Source: Dehalococcoidia bacterium
Lineage (GTDB): Bacteria > Chloroflexota > Dehalococcoidia > Lucifugimonadales > UBA1127
Length of the DNA stretch: 63,360 nucleotides
Reading direction: 5' to 3'
NCBI GenBank assembly: GCA_029936935.1
Contig: JAPYRQ010000001.1
Coordinates: 22,970 to 86,329, forward strand
The translations under genes and the position numbers were made by a program. Position 1 is the first letter of the stretch. Each line of letters begins with the position of its first letter. The notes below the pieces were generated by a model. The model was not told the origin of the DNA, did not search any database, and was given only the letters and a program-made list of their open reading frames with translations. This document shows positions 46,961-55,537 of this stretch, piece after piece.

Positions 46961-48241
46961 TTGTTAAGTGCCGAAGAGAATGCATTGTTGTGTCAGACCG
47001 GGCCCGGGACCCCTATGGGGGAGTTGTTCCGACGGTTCTGGCTTCCCGCTGCCCTGTCCGAGGAGCTGCCCGCCCCGGATTGCCCGCCCATCCGACTACG
47101 CATGCTGAGTGAGGACCTGGTGGCGTTTCGCGATACCAATGGCAATGTAGGCATCATCGATTCGTTCTGCCCACATCGTCGCGCTGGCATGTTCTTCGGC
47201 AGGAACGAAGAGTGCGGCTTGCGCTGTGTCTACCACGGTTGGAAGTTTGACGTGAACGGCGATTGTGTAGACATGCCATCGGAGCCGGCGGAGAGCAACT
47301 TCAAAGACAAAGTGAAGATCACAGCGTACCCGGCCCAGGACTTCGGCGGAGTTATCTGGGTGTACATGGGGCCTCAGGAGTTGAAGCCAGAGATACCGCA
47401 GTTTGAGTGGGCGCGGGTGCCGGAAAGCCATCGGTTGGTGAACCGTTGGATTCAGAAGAACAACTACATGCAGGCGGTAGAGGGCGAAATCGATACCGCC
47501 CACGGCTCCTACCTGCATAGTCGCATAGACCCATCGCAGAGGGAGAAAGGTTTCACCTTCGCAGGGAGCCAGGACGGCGCGCCGGTACTCACTGTGCGGG
47601 ACACCGACTACGGGTTTGTATACGGTTCCAGAAGGAACGCACCGGATGGAGAGTTTTATTGGCGGGTGACGCAGTGGCTGCTGCCCACCTATGCGCTCAT
47701 CCCGGGCGGCGACAGTTGGCCGAAGCTCGGCCACATGTACTTCCCCATCGACGATGAGCACCTGGCGGGCTGGGAGTTCTTCTATAACCCGGAGGCGCCG
47801 TTGACCGAAAAGCAGCGAGAAGAAGGGCTGGCGAAGTTTGAACTGTTCCCATCGACGTTCAAGCTTTCTGATGGCGCCTTAATCAATATTCCGAACATGG
47901 AGCGCACTTCCGAGAACGACTACAACATCGATCGGGAGATGCAGCGCAACGAGATATTCACCGGTATCGCAGGCACGCGAAATCAGGACAGGGCTATGAC
48001 GGAGAGCATGGGTTCCATCTCTGATAGGACCGGAGAGCATCTTGGTACATCGGACGCAGCCATTATTGCTGCGCGACGTAGATTGCTGAAGATGGCCCGG
48101 GACCTTCAGGAGGGTATTGAGCCTGTCGCTCCCTACGATGGCAACCTCTATCACATCCGCCAGATCGCTATGACCGTTCCCGAAGGCGACTTCGATGACT
48201 TCCTGTCGGCGTACAGCGACGAGGGGGTCGGTAAGGTCTAG
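46961..48241 (+). CDS. Rieske [2Fe-2S] oxygenase alpha subunit (paralog 2)
   Basis: The Rieske motif is CPHRRAGMFFGRNEECGLRCVYHGW and the Fe motif is EIDTAHGSYLH. TTG start with aaggag RBS. It closely resembles the 34104..35396 protein. Confidence 0.85.
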   Translation: MLSAEENALLCQTGPGTPMGELFRRFWLPAALSEELPAPDCPPIRLRMLSEDLVAFRDTNGNVGIIDSFCPHRRAGMFFGRNEECGLRCVYHGWKFDVNGDCVDMPSEPAESNFKDKVKITAYPAQDFGGVIWVYMGPQELKPEIPQFEWARVPESHRLVNRWIQKNNYMQAVEGEIDTAHGSYLHSRIDPSQREKGFTFAGSQDGAPVLTVRDTDYGFVYGSRRNAPDGEFYWRVTQWLLPTYALIPGGDSWPKLGHMYFPIDDEHLAGWEFFYNPEAPLTEKQREEGLAKFELFPSTFKLSDGALINIPNMERTSENDYNIDREMQRNEIFTGIAGTRNQDRAMTESMGSISDRTGEHLGTSDAAIIAARRRLLKMARDLQEGIEPVAPYDGNLYHIRQIAMTVPEGDFDDFLSAYSDEGVGKV

Positions 48242-48297
48242 CGAGAAGCTACTTATTTACCGGGGATTTATACAACTAAATACTAGGGGAGGGCAAA

Positions 48298-49599
48298 ATG
48301 CTGACACCAGAAGAAACCAAATTTCTAACTCAGACTGGCCCGGGCACACCCATGGGGGACCTCTTTCGTCGTTACTGGCAACCGTTCCTGCTATCAGAGG
48401 AGCTGTCGGAAAACGACGGCCCTGCTAAGCGCGTTCGGTTCCTTGGCGAGGACTTGGTCGCGTTCCGTGACACGGACGGCAAACTAGGCCTCATCGACGA
48501 GCGATGCCCCCACCGCGGTGCATCCATGTACTTCGGCATCAACCAGGAACGCGGCCTGATGTGCATCTACCACGGCTGGAAGTTCGATACCGAGGGCAAC
48601 TGCGTCGATATGCCGTCAGACATTCCCGGCAGCAACTTCATAGACAAGGTCCACATCACCTCATACCCGGTCATTGAGTCCGCCCGGGTGCTGTGGACCT
48701 ACATGGGGCCCAAGGAGCATCAACCGCCACCGCCCAACTACCTAATGAACACATTGCCTGACGAAAACGTGATGGCGATGCGCACGCCCATCTACTGCAA
48801 CTACCTCCAGAGCATTGAGGGCAACCTTGACTCCACCCACATTGGCACGCTCCACATGAGCTACGCCGATGAGATTCCGGTGGATGATGGCACGGACAAG
48901 CCGGGATACCCCTCACTGCCCATGGCCATCCATCTCCGGGCGAAGTACAAGTATGCTCGAGTGGACGTGCAGGACACGGACTACGGGTACCGGTTGATTG
49001 CGGTCCGCCCAACGCCCAACGGGAACCAGCATGTCCGCATCAACAACCTGGCCATTCCCGTCATGACGTGGATTTCCGGCATGAGAGGTGTGGGGAGTAT
49101 CTTCACTCACCCCCCAATCGATGATGAGAACTGTGAGCGGATAGGTTGGCAGGTCAGCCGTGACCGTCCCTTCTCCGCAGCAGAGCGGCAGGCATTCAAA
49201 GCCCGCTCGATGATCATGGACCCGGCTGATCCTAGCAGGCGGCTGATGCGCGTTGACAACGACTACATGCAGGACAGGAAAGCTCAGAAAGAAGTGAACC
49301 CTCCGGGAATCTATCCCGGCGCTGAGCAGGACTACTGCGTGACGGAGACCATGGGTGTGGTCATGGATCGCACCAAGGAGCACCTGTACGGTGGAGACGC
49401 GGCAATCATCAGGCTTCGTCAGATGTTGGGGAAATCGGCGAGAGACCTCAAGGAAGGCATTGAACCTCCCGGAGCCGACGGTAGTATTCCGTACTACAAA
49501 ATACGTTCAGAGGAGATCATCATCGGCCCCAATGATGACCCGTGGTTGGTAGCGACCGATGCCGGTGAGACCGCACGGCCCGGTGAACGACTGCGATAG
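48298..49599 (+). CDS. Rieske [2Fe-2S] oxygenase alpha subunit (paralog 3)
   Basis: The Rieske motif is CPHRGASMYFGINQERGLMCIYHGW and the Fe motif is NLDSTHIGTLH. RBS ggggagggc lies upstream. Confidence 0.85.
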   Translation: MLTPEETKFLTQTGPGTPMGDLFRRYWQPFLLSEELSENDGPAKRVRFLGEDLVAFRDTDGKLGLIDERCPHRGASMYFGINQERGLMCIYHGWKFDTEGNCVDMPSDIPGSNFIDKVHITSYPVIESARVLWTYMGPKEHQPPPPNYLMNTLPDENVMAMRTPIYCNYLQSIEGNLDSTHIGTLHMSYADEIPVDDGTDKPGYPSLPMAIHLRAKYKYARVDVQDTDYGYRLIAVRPTPNGNQHVRINNLAIPVMTWISGMRGVGSIFTHPPIDDENCERIGWQVSRDRPFSAAERQAFKARSMIMDPADPSRRLMRVDNDYMQDRKAQKEVNPPGIYPGAEQDYCVTETMGVVMDRTKEHLYGGDAAIIRLRQMLGKSARDLKEGIEPPGADGSIPYYKIRSEEIIIGPNDDPWLVATDAGETARPGERLR

Positions 49600-49626
49600 C
49601 AAGGTGGTTTAGACCTAGAGAAATCA

Positions 49627-49661
49627 AGAGGGCTCTCCGAATACCGGAGAGCCCTCTTTTA
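49627..49661 (+). terminator. Rho-independent terminator after the Rieske pair
   Basis: A perfect 13-bp stem (agagggctctccg / cggagagccctct) has a 5-nt loop and a TTTT tail. Confidence 0.75.
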
Positions 49662-49737
49662 TACGCTTGAAAAGGCTTGACATGGGTGCTCTATCGCCCC
49701 ATGTTGGGCATACACAGAACCTTGCACTGGTGAGGCC

Positions 49738-51549
49738 ATGCTCCAACTACTGACAATCACCAATTATGCGCTCATAGACCACCTGGAACTCTCTCTAGAG
49801 CCGGGGTTGAACGTGTTGACGGGTGAGACCGGGGCTGGCAAGTCCATCATCGTCGATGCCATCGGTCTGCTGCTCGGTGAGCGTGCCGAGGATGAGTCCA
49901 TCAGGGCTGAGACCAAGCAAGCCAGGGTGGAAGGGCTTTTCTCTTTGAGCAAGGCCGCCACCAAGACCATTGCGCCCATCCTTGAAGAGGCTGGCCTCAC
50001 CATTGATGACGGCGAAATCGTGGTAGTCCGTGAAATCAACCAGCAGGGTCGCAACATCTGCAGAATCAACGGAAGCATCGTGCCGCTGAAGGTGCTTTCA
50101 GGCATTGGCGAGTACCTGGTGGACATCCACGGACAGAGCCAACACCTCTCCCTGCTGAACGTCCAAGAGCATCTTGAAATCCTGGATAGGTATGCAGGCC
50201 TGGGTGATTTGCGAGGCAAGATCGCTGACGGCGTCCGTCGCATCAACGCGGCTCGAAACGAGTTAGCGACGTTGCAGGGCGATGCCCAGGAACTTGCCCG
50301 GCGAGTGGACCTGCTGCAATACCAGTACCAGGAAATCACCGGTGTGAAGCTTGAACTCGGTGAAGACGATGCCCTTGAGGCGGAGCAACACCTGTCCGGC
50401 AACGCTGAACGGCTGCAACAACAATCGGACGATGCGTATCGGGCGTTGTACGACGCCGATGGGTCGGGCGTCAGTGCCATCGACCAGTTAGGCCAGGTAG
50501 CTCAGGACACGGCTAACCTGGTAGGGCTTGACCCCTCGCTCACAGACATGAGAGACGCGGCAGAAAGCCTGGTCATCCAGGCCCAGGAGCTTGCACATGC
50601 CCTGCAGTCCTACAGGGACGGTGTGGAACACAGCCCGGAGCGATTGCAGGAGATTGAGGACCGGCTGGAGGTCATCCGACAACTGAAACGCAAGTATGGC
50701 GACACCATCGACGACGTTTTGGCCTTTGCGGAAGATGCGTCAGCCCAGCTCGAAGGCATCACCAACAGCGATGAACGGTCAGAGGCCCTGGAGGCAGAGA
50801 TACTTTCATTGCTGAAGGAAGTGGGTGCGCTGTCCAAGGAACTGTCAGCAGCCCGAAGCGAGGCTGCTTCACGTCTGGCTGTGGCCGTGGAGGGCGAACT
50901 GGGTGGACTGGCAATGGAAGCGACCACGTTCAGGGTAGGCGTGACTCAGGAAGCGTCAGAGGACGGGTTGCTTGTGACTGCTGACGACGGCTCGGAGGCC
51001 CGATATTCCTTTGACGCAACAGGCATTGACCACGTGGAATTCCTCCTATCACCCGGGCCCGGGGAACCGCTGCGTTCACTGGCGGCCACAGCCTCCGGTG
51101 GTGAAGCATCGCGGTTGATGCTGGCTATCAAGGGTGTGCTTACTGCTGCAGACCAGACGCCCACGCTGGTGTTCGACGAGGTGGATGCGGGCATCGGCGG
51201 GCGTATCGGCACGGTTGTCGGCGACAAGACGTGGCGGTTGTCGGCCAACCACCAGGTCGTATGCGTCACCCACCTGCCGCAGATAGCCGCGTTTGCGGAC
51301 CACCACGTACACATCGAGAAGTCTGTGGTACAGGGAAGAACCGTCACTTCGACACAAAAACTCTCCCCCGATGGCATGGTGGAAGAGATCAGCAATATGC
51401 TTGGGTCTACCAGCGCCATAACGCGGAGCCACGCCAAAGAGATGCTTGAGCAAACCTCGAAGTGGAAGAAAGGGTATAGGAACGGTGGAGGGGCTGACCT
51501 GGCGACTCTGCAGCTGAACCTTCTGGACACACCCGGGGAGAGCAACTAA
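49738..51549 (+). CDS. recN: DNA repair protein RecN
   Basis: Walker A is GETGAGKS. A long coiled-coil middle section is followed by the C-terminal SGGE signature and Walker B (LVFDEVDAGIGG). Confidence 0.92.
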   Translation: MLQLLTITNYALIDHLELSLEPGLNVLTGETGAGKSIIVDAIGLLLGERAEDESIRAETKQARVEGLFSLSKAATKTIAPILEEAGLTIDDGEIVVVREINQQGRNICRINGSIVPLKVLSGIGEYLVDIHGQSQHLSLLNVQEHLEILDRYAGLGDLRGKIADGVRRINAARNELATLQGDAQELARRVDLLQYQYQEITGVKLELGEDDALEAEQHLSGNAERLQQQSDDAYRALYDADGSGVSAIDQLGQVAQDTANLVGLDPSLTDMRDAAESLVIQAQELAHALQSYRDGVEHSPERLQEIEDRLEVIRQLKRKYGDTIDDVLAFAEDASAQLEGITNSDERSEALEAEILSLLKEVGALSKELSAARSEAASRLAVAVEGELGGLAMEATTFRVGVTQEASEDGLLVTADDGSEARYSFDATGIDHVEFLLSPGPGEPLRSLAATASGGEASRLMLAIKGVLTAADQTPTLVFDEVDAGIGGRIGTVVGDKTWRLSANHQVVCVTHLPQIAAFADHHVHIEKSVVQGRTVTSTQKLSPDGMVEEISNMLGSTSAITRSHAKEMLEQTSKWKKGYRNGGGADLATLQLNLLDTPGESN

Positions 51550-51602
51550 TATACGTTTCGCCTTCGGGCGGTTTCACACCAGATACAACTAGGGAGGACT
51601 CA

Positions 51603-52064
51603 ATGGCCATAGCAGCAGGACAACCGGCACCGGATTTCACCTTGCCATCAACCAAGGGAGACCCTTTGACACTGAGCAGTCTGAAAGGGAAAAAAGTCGT
51701 CCTGGCCTTCTTCCCGGCGGCATTTACAGGAGGGTGATCAACTGAACTCACTTCCTTCCGTGCGGAGGGAAAAAAGTACGAAGAGCAGGATGCGGAGATC
51801 CTAGGGATTTCTGTAGATAGCCGACCAACACTCAACCAGTATTCCGGCGGTCTTGGAAACCTGAGTTTCCCGTTATTGGCGGACTTCTGGCCCCACGGCG
51901 GCGTTGGTCAGGCATATGGCATCTTCAATGATGAACGTGGCAATGATGCCCGGAGCGTCTTTCTTGTCGATCGAGAGGGCGTCATCCAGTGGACCAAGGT
52001 CTATGAGCCCGGGAACTTGCCGGAGCATGCAGAGTTGCTGGCGGAGCTGGCCAAAATCTCCTAA
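51603..52064 (+). CDS. AhpE-like 1-Cys peroxiredoxin with in-frame TGA (51735-51737) at the peroxidatic residue; candidate selenocysteine protein
   Basis: ATG 51603 has RBS agggagga. The 153-codon frame contains a single internal TGA. The context FFPAAFTGG[TGA]STEL corresponds to the Prx FFPxAFTGxC motif. The C-terminal half FPLLADFWPHGGVGQAYGIF...FLVDREGVIQW is AhpE-like. The ORF track shows only the 51876..52064 fragment. Confidence 0.7.
51752..51771 (+). promoter_or_regulatory. Candidate bacterial SECIS hairpin
   Basis: The RNA reads UUCCUUCC-GUGC-GGAGGGAA, an 8-bp stem with one G.U pair. It starts 14 nt after the UGA, and the apical loop begins with GU. Confidence 0.45.
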
Positions 52065-52173
52065 GTCTCAATGCTTTCGAAATCATCTGATACAACACGA
52101 GGTCGTGCCGCAATGTGATACCGTGCACGGCCTCGTGGCGTTATAGCCCCCTAACATTGCAAAAGGAGCCGAC

Positions 52174-53097
52174 GTGGCGGATATCCCTATTTCCCAGAGT
52201 GTGGCCCATGACATGGAAGGCACTATCTACAGCTCGGATACCTTCTTCCGAGTAGGTGACTTTGTGCTCCTCATGGACCGCAAGTACCGGCGCTACCTCC
52301 AGAAGTTGGAACCAGTGGGGAAGTTCCACACCCATTTGGGTTCTGTGTTCCATACGGAGATCATCGGGCAGGAAGTGGGCTCTAGGATCCAGGTAGGGGG
52401 ACATAAATACCTGGCGCTGCGGCCTACCCTCGCGGAGTTCATCGTGGAGTCACGGAGGGTGACCCAGATCATCTACCCCAAGGACGTGGGCGCAATCTTG
52501 GTTGCCGCCGACATTTTCCCGGGCGCCAAAGTCCTTGAGTCTGGTCTGGGATCAGGCGCATTGACCATGTCTCTGCTCAGGGCAGTAGGGCCGACCGGGC
52601 AGGTGTTCTCCTATGAAGTGCAGGAAGACTCGATAAAAAAGGCCATTAAGAACATCCACACAGCGGTACCGAACACAGATAACCTGACTGTGCGTGCCGC
52701 TAACCTGTATGAAGGCATCCAGGACAAGGAACTGGACCGTGTTGTGCTGGACGTGCCGGAGCCCTGGGAGGCAGTGGCCCATGCGGCGGAGGCTTTGCAA
52801 CCCGGGGGCATCTTCCTGTCGTACCTGCCTACGATCCTGCAGGTGCATCGGCTTGTTGAGGCGTTGAACCAGGAGCCGCTGTTCGATCTGGTGGACAGCT
52901 TTGAGGTCATCCAACGGCCGTGGCACGTCACTCGTCGCAGTGTGCGGCCTGTCCACCGGATGGTGGCCCACACCGCCTTCCTCACCACCGCTCGAAAGTG
53001 CGCCCCCGGCAAGTACCTGGGTGTGGACGACAAAGCTGAGCCCTGGTACGTGTACAACGATCACGCTGCTGCTGAAGATCCAGAACCTCAGGACTAG
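52174..53097 (+). CDS. trmI: tRNA (adenine-N1)-methyltransferase, TrmI/GCD14 family
   Basis: GTG start with aaggag RBS. The motifs TQIIYPKD and LESGLGSGALT (SAM-binding) and DVPEPW are present. Confidence 0.85.
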   Translation: MADIPISQSVAHDMEGTIYSSDTFFRVGDFVLLMDRKYRRYLQKLEPVGKFHTHLGSVFHTEIIGQEVGSRIQVGGHKYLALRPTLAEFIVESRRVTQIIYPKDVGAILVAADIFPGAKVLESGLGSGALTMSLLRAVGPTGQVFSYEVQEDSIKKAIKNIHTAVPNTDNLTVRAANLYEGIQDKELDRVVLDVPEPWEAVAHAAEALQPGGIFLSYLPTILQVHRLVEALNQEPLFDLVDSFEVIQRPWHVTRRSVRPVHRMVAHTAFLTTARKCAPGKYLGVDDKAEPWYVYNDHAAAEDPEPQD

Positions 53098-53113
53098 GAC
53101 GCCAGGAGGTTTT

Positions 53114-53647
53114 GTGTTTCCCCACGATATCGCCACTGACCGCTTACTGCTAAGGGTTCCTGTGCCGGAAGACGCTCAGCGAATCTTTGGCAGCTACACG
53201 CAAGACCCCAAAGTAGCCCGCTACCTGACATGGCGACCGGCAAAGACGTTGGCCGACTCTGAACGCCACATTCACGACCGCATACTCGCGTGGCGAAGCG
53301 GCAATATCTGTGCATGGTCGGTGGTAGAGACGGAACGGGGCATAGTCATCGGGATGATAGAGCTACGCATCAAAGGTGAGGCCGCCGACGTGGGCTACGT
53401 GATTGCACGTGCAGAGTGGGGTAAGGGCTACGCCACAGAGGCTTTGAAGGCCGTCATTGAAGACGGGTTTGTTCACCCGGAAATCGCCAGGTTGGTTGCT
53501 GTGTGCGACGTGGAGAACGCAGCGTCTGCGCGAGTCATGGAGAAGGCGGGAATGGTGCAGGAGGGGATTCTACCACGACACATGTTGGCCCCCAACATCT
53601 CAGACGAACCCCGCGATGTCTTCTCCTACTCAATCACTAGAAGCTAG
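53114..53647 (+). CDS. GNAT N-acetyltransferase
   Basis: GTG 53114 has aggagg RBS at 53104-53109. The N-terminal TDRLLLR pattern and the acetyl-CoA motif EWGKGYATEA are present. The longer ORF-track start at 52901 overlaps trmI. Confidence 0.75.
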   Translation: MFPHDIATDRLLLRVPVPEDAQRIFGSYTQDPKVARYLTWRPAKTLADSERHIHDRILAWRSGNICAWSVVETERGIVIGMIELRIKGEAADVGYVIARAEWGKGYATEALKAVIEDGFVHPEIARLVAVCDVENAASARVMEKAGMVQEGILPRHMLAPNISDEPRDVFSYSITRS

Positions 53648-53705
53648 TCAGGTAACCGCCAGGAGCTGGAGTCAAGGCTCAGCCTTGTTAGGTATCCATC
53701 AGGAA

Positions 53706-54968
53706 TTAGGGTCCAGGCTCAGCCTGATGGTGGGGGTATTTGCCCTCCATCAGCGGCGTATGCGTCGACGCTAGCAGGGGCACGTGGAGCGTATCGAGTT
53801 CGTTTTGCAGGCGAGCTTGGTGGGGGTTGTCAGGCGTGAACCCCCAGAGGTCGTCGGTTGAGATGCCTTTTCCTTGGGCCATAACCTTGAAGTTCCCCAA
53901 CCCTTCCGGCTGCAACAACTCCTGCATACCCATCCTGTTCGCCAAGTACTGCTGCCTTGGGAGCGCTCCGGACTCGTAAGACGCCTGAGCGCGGGAGTTA
54001 TTGACGAGGCCTTCAACGTAGGTGGTTGCGCCCAGGTTCCGAAGGAACTCGCGTTGTGTCGTATAGCCAAGGACTTCAAGGCCACAAAGGTCTCCGGTGG
54101 CTTTCAGCGCAGTGAAATCCACGTGGGCGGTGATGTCCTGTCGACCGACCCTGACGTAGGCGTTGCCGCTGACGACATGCTGGTAGTGGCAGCGCAGTGT
54201 GCCGCCCTCCCGCTGGGGCGAATAGAGCTCCTTGGCGGTTCCACCGTAATCGATGGTCAACACGAACCCCCGCTCCAACGCCGCTGAGGCCTCTGTCAGC
54301 CACTCGTCCGTACGCAAGCAGACCTCGCCCTTGTATCCCCCTGGGAGCGTGTGTCCCGTGGCGATAACACGCTCGGCGATGAGTTGGCTGGATGGCTCCT
54401 GCAGGGCTTCCACGAAACCGTCATCGGAAACGTCTACGAACACTTCGAGGATACGGTCGTCCTGGAATCGAAACCGATGGACAGGGAAGGCATCCAGAAG
54501 CTCGTTGGTGAGGATACAGCCGACTAGCCCTTTGATCGGTAGGTTGGCGGCGGCCAGGCAATCAAAATTTGAAGAGGGCCCGGAGGCCGGCCCGGGAGCC
54601 AGATTTTTGGGTGCAGCGAAGTCCAAGGCAACATAGCGCAATGCTTGGAAGAACTCCGGGGAGGTTGCCTGAGTCGCTTGTACGATGTCTCTGGCGAGGA
54701 CGCCGTTTCCGGCTCCAGCCTCAAGCACCGTGAAGGTGCAGGGCTTGCCCAATGACTCCCACATCTGTAGCAGTTGGGCAGCAAGAAGAGTACCGAATAG
54801 TGGATGAGCAGTTGGGCTGGTAAAGTAATCTTCGGCTGGCCCGACGGGGGTATGCGACCGATAATACCCGCCAACTGGCGAATACAGAGCTAGCTCCATA
54901 AATCGGTCGAAGGTGATTGGGCCGTCACGATGAATGACCTCCCGTATCAGCTGCTCGACAGGTTGCAT
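53706..54968 (-). CDS. Class I SAM-dependent methyltransferase, DUF185/MidA (NDUFAF7-like) family
   Basis: The N-terminal GPITFDRFMELALY..GGYY pattern and the SAM motif LEAGAGNGVLA are present. Confidence 0.8.
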   Translation of the reverse strand: MQPVEQLIREVIHRDGPITFDRFMELALYSPVGGYYRSHTPVGPAEDYFTSPTAHPLFGTLLAAQLLQMWESLGKPCTFTVLEAGAGNGVLARDIVQATQATSPEFFQALRYVALDFAAPKNLAPGPASGPSSNFDCLAAANLPIKGLVGCILTNELLDAFPVHRFRFQDDRILEVFVDVSDDGFVEALQEPSSQLIAERVIATGHTLPGGYKGEVCLRTDEWLTEASAALERGFVLTIDYGGTAKELYSPQREGGTLRCHYQHVVSGNAYVRVGRQDITAHVDFTALKATGDLCGLEVLGYTTQREFLRNLGATTYVEGLVNNSRAQASYESGALPRQQYLANRMGMQELLQPEGLGNFKVMAQGKGISTDDLWGFTPDNPHQARLQNELDTLHVPLLASTHTPLMEGKYPHHQAEPGP

Positions 54969-55021
54969 CGGCCGCGTACTCAGAAATTCCCTACCATACC
55001 AAACGTGCTACAACTAACAGG

Positions 55022-55243
55022 CTAGTTCTTGGTAAGGGTTTTCTCGGCGGTAGCAGTTGCGGTTGGAGTCTGGTTGGCAGTACGTCCGTAGGAAGTGACT
55101 TTCTCCCAGCCAACAGAACCCAGCGAATTGACGAACTCCTGCTTCTCACCACACATTTTGCAGGTTCCGACACTGGTAGGGCCATTTGGTGTGTCAATTA
55201 CCCAATGATGGGGACACATCTCGAACTGACTCTCGATTGCCAT
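55022..55243 (-). CDS. Small Cys/His protein, zinc-ribbon-like (73 aa)
   Basis: The candidate metal site is CPHH...CKMCG. RBS gggaggag lies upstream. Confidence 0.5.
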   Translation of the reverse strand: MAIESQFEMCPHHWVIDTPNGPTSVGTCKMCGEKQEFVNSLGSVGWEKVTSYGRTANQTPTATATAEKTLTKN

Positions 55244-55415
55244 AAACGGGCTCCTCCCTCATAGCCGACGATCGGCTTAGCCACTGCAGACAGCACACGA
55301 GTATAGATACTGGGGTCAAAGGACAGCGGTAGTATAGAAGAAACTGTAAGGCCGTGTCAACGCACTAGTCCAACCAGAAGTAGTGGGTTTTGTATAGCAT
55401 TACGCTGTGCAGGAT

Positions 55416-55455
55416 GCCTACAAACATTAGGTGGACGCCTACCAACCATTAGTGG
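55416..55455 (+). repeat. Imperfect tandem direct repeat (about 19 nt, two copies) abutting a promoter candidate
   Basis: gcctacaaacattaggtgg lies at 55416-55434 and gcctaccaaccattagtgg at 55437-55455. Confidence 0.5.
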
Positions 55456-55456
55456 C

Positions 55457-55485
55457 TTGACCCGTAGGGCTGTTTCTGCTACACC
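55457..55485 (+). promoter_or_regulatory. Sigma-70-like promoter candidate (TTGACC-N17-TACACC)
   Basis: TTGACC lies at 55457-55462 and TACACC at 55480-55485, upstream of the CDS at 55538. Confidence 0.35.
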
Positions 55486-55537
55486 TACGCAGAGCATTCA
55501 TTAAACATTGTTATTGACCTTGGAAAGGGGAGACACT

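Noticed and set aside
47096-47761. 221-aa minus-strand ORF
   Set aside because: It is antisense to the Rieske oxygenase (paralog 2), which has clear Rieske and iron-site motifs.
51876-52064. 62-aa TTG-initiated ORF listed in the track as a stand-alone gene
   Set aside because: It lies in frame with ATG 51603 and forms the C-terminal 40% of a peroxiredoxin fold. It is better explained as part of the UGA-containing gene.
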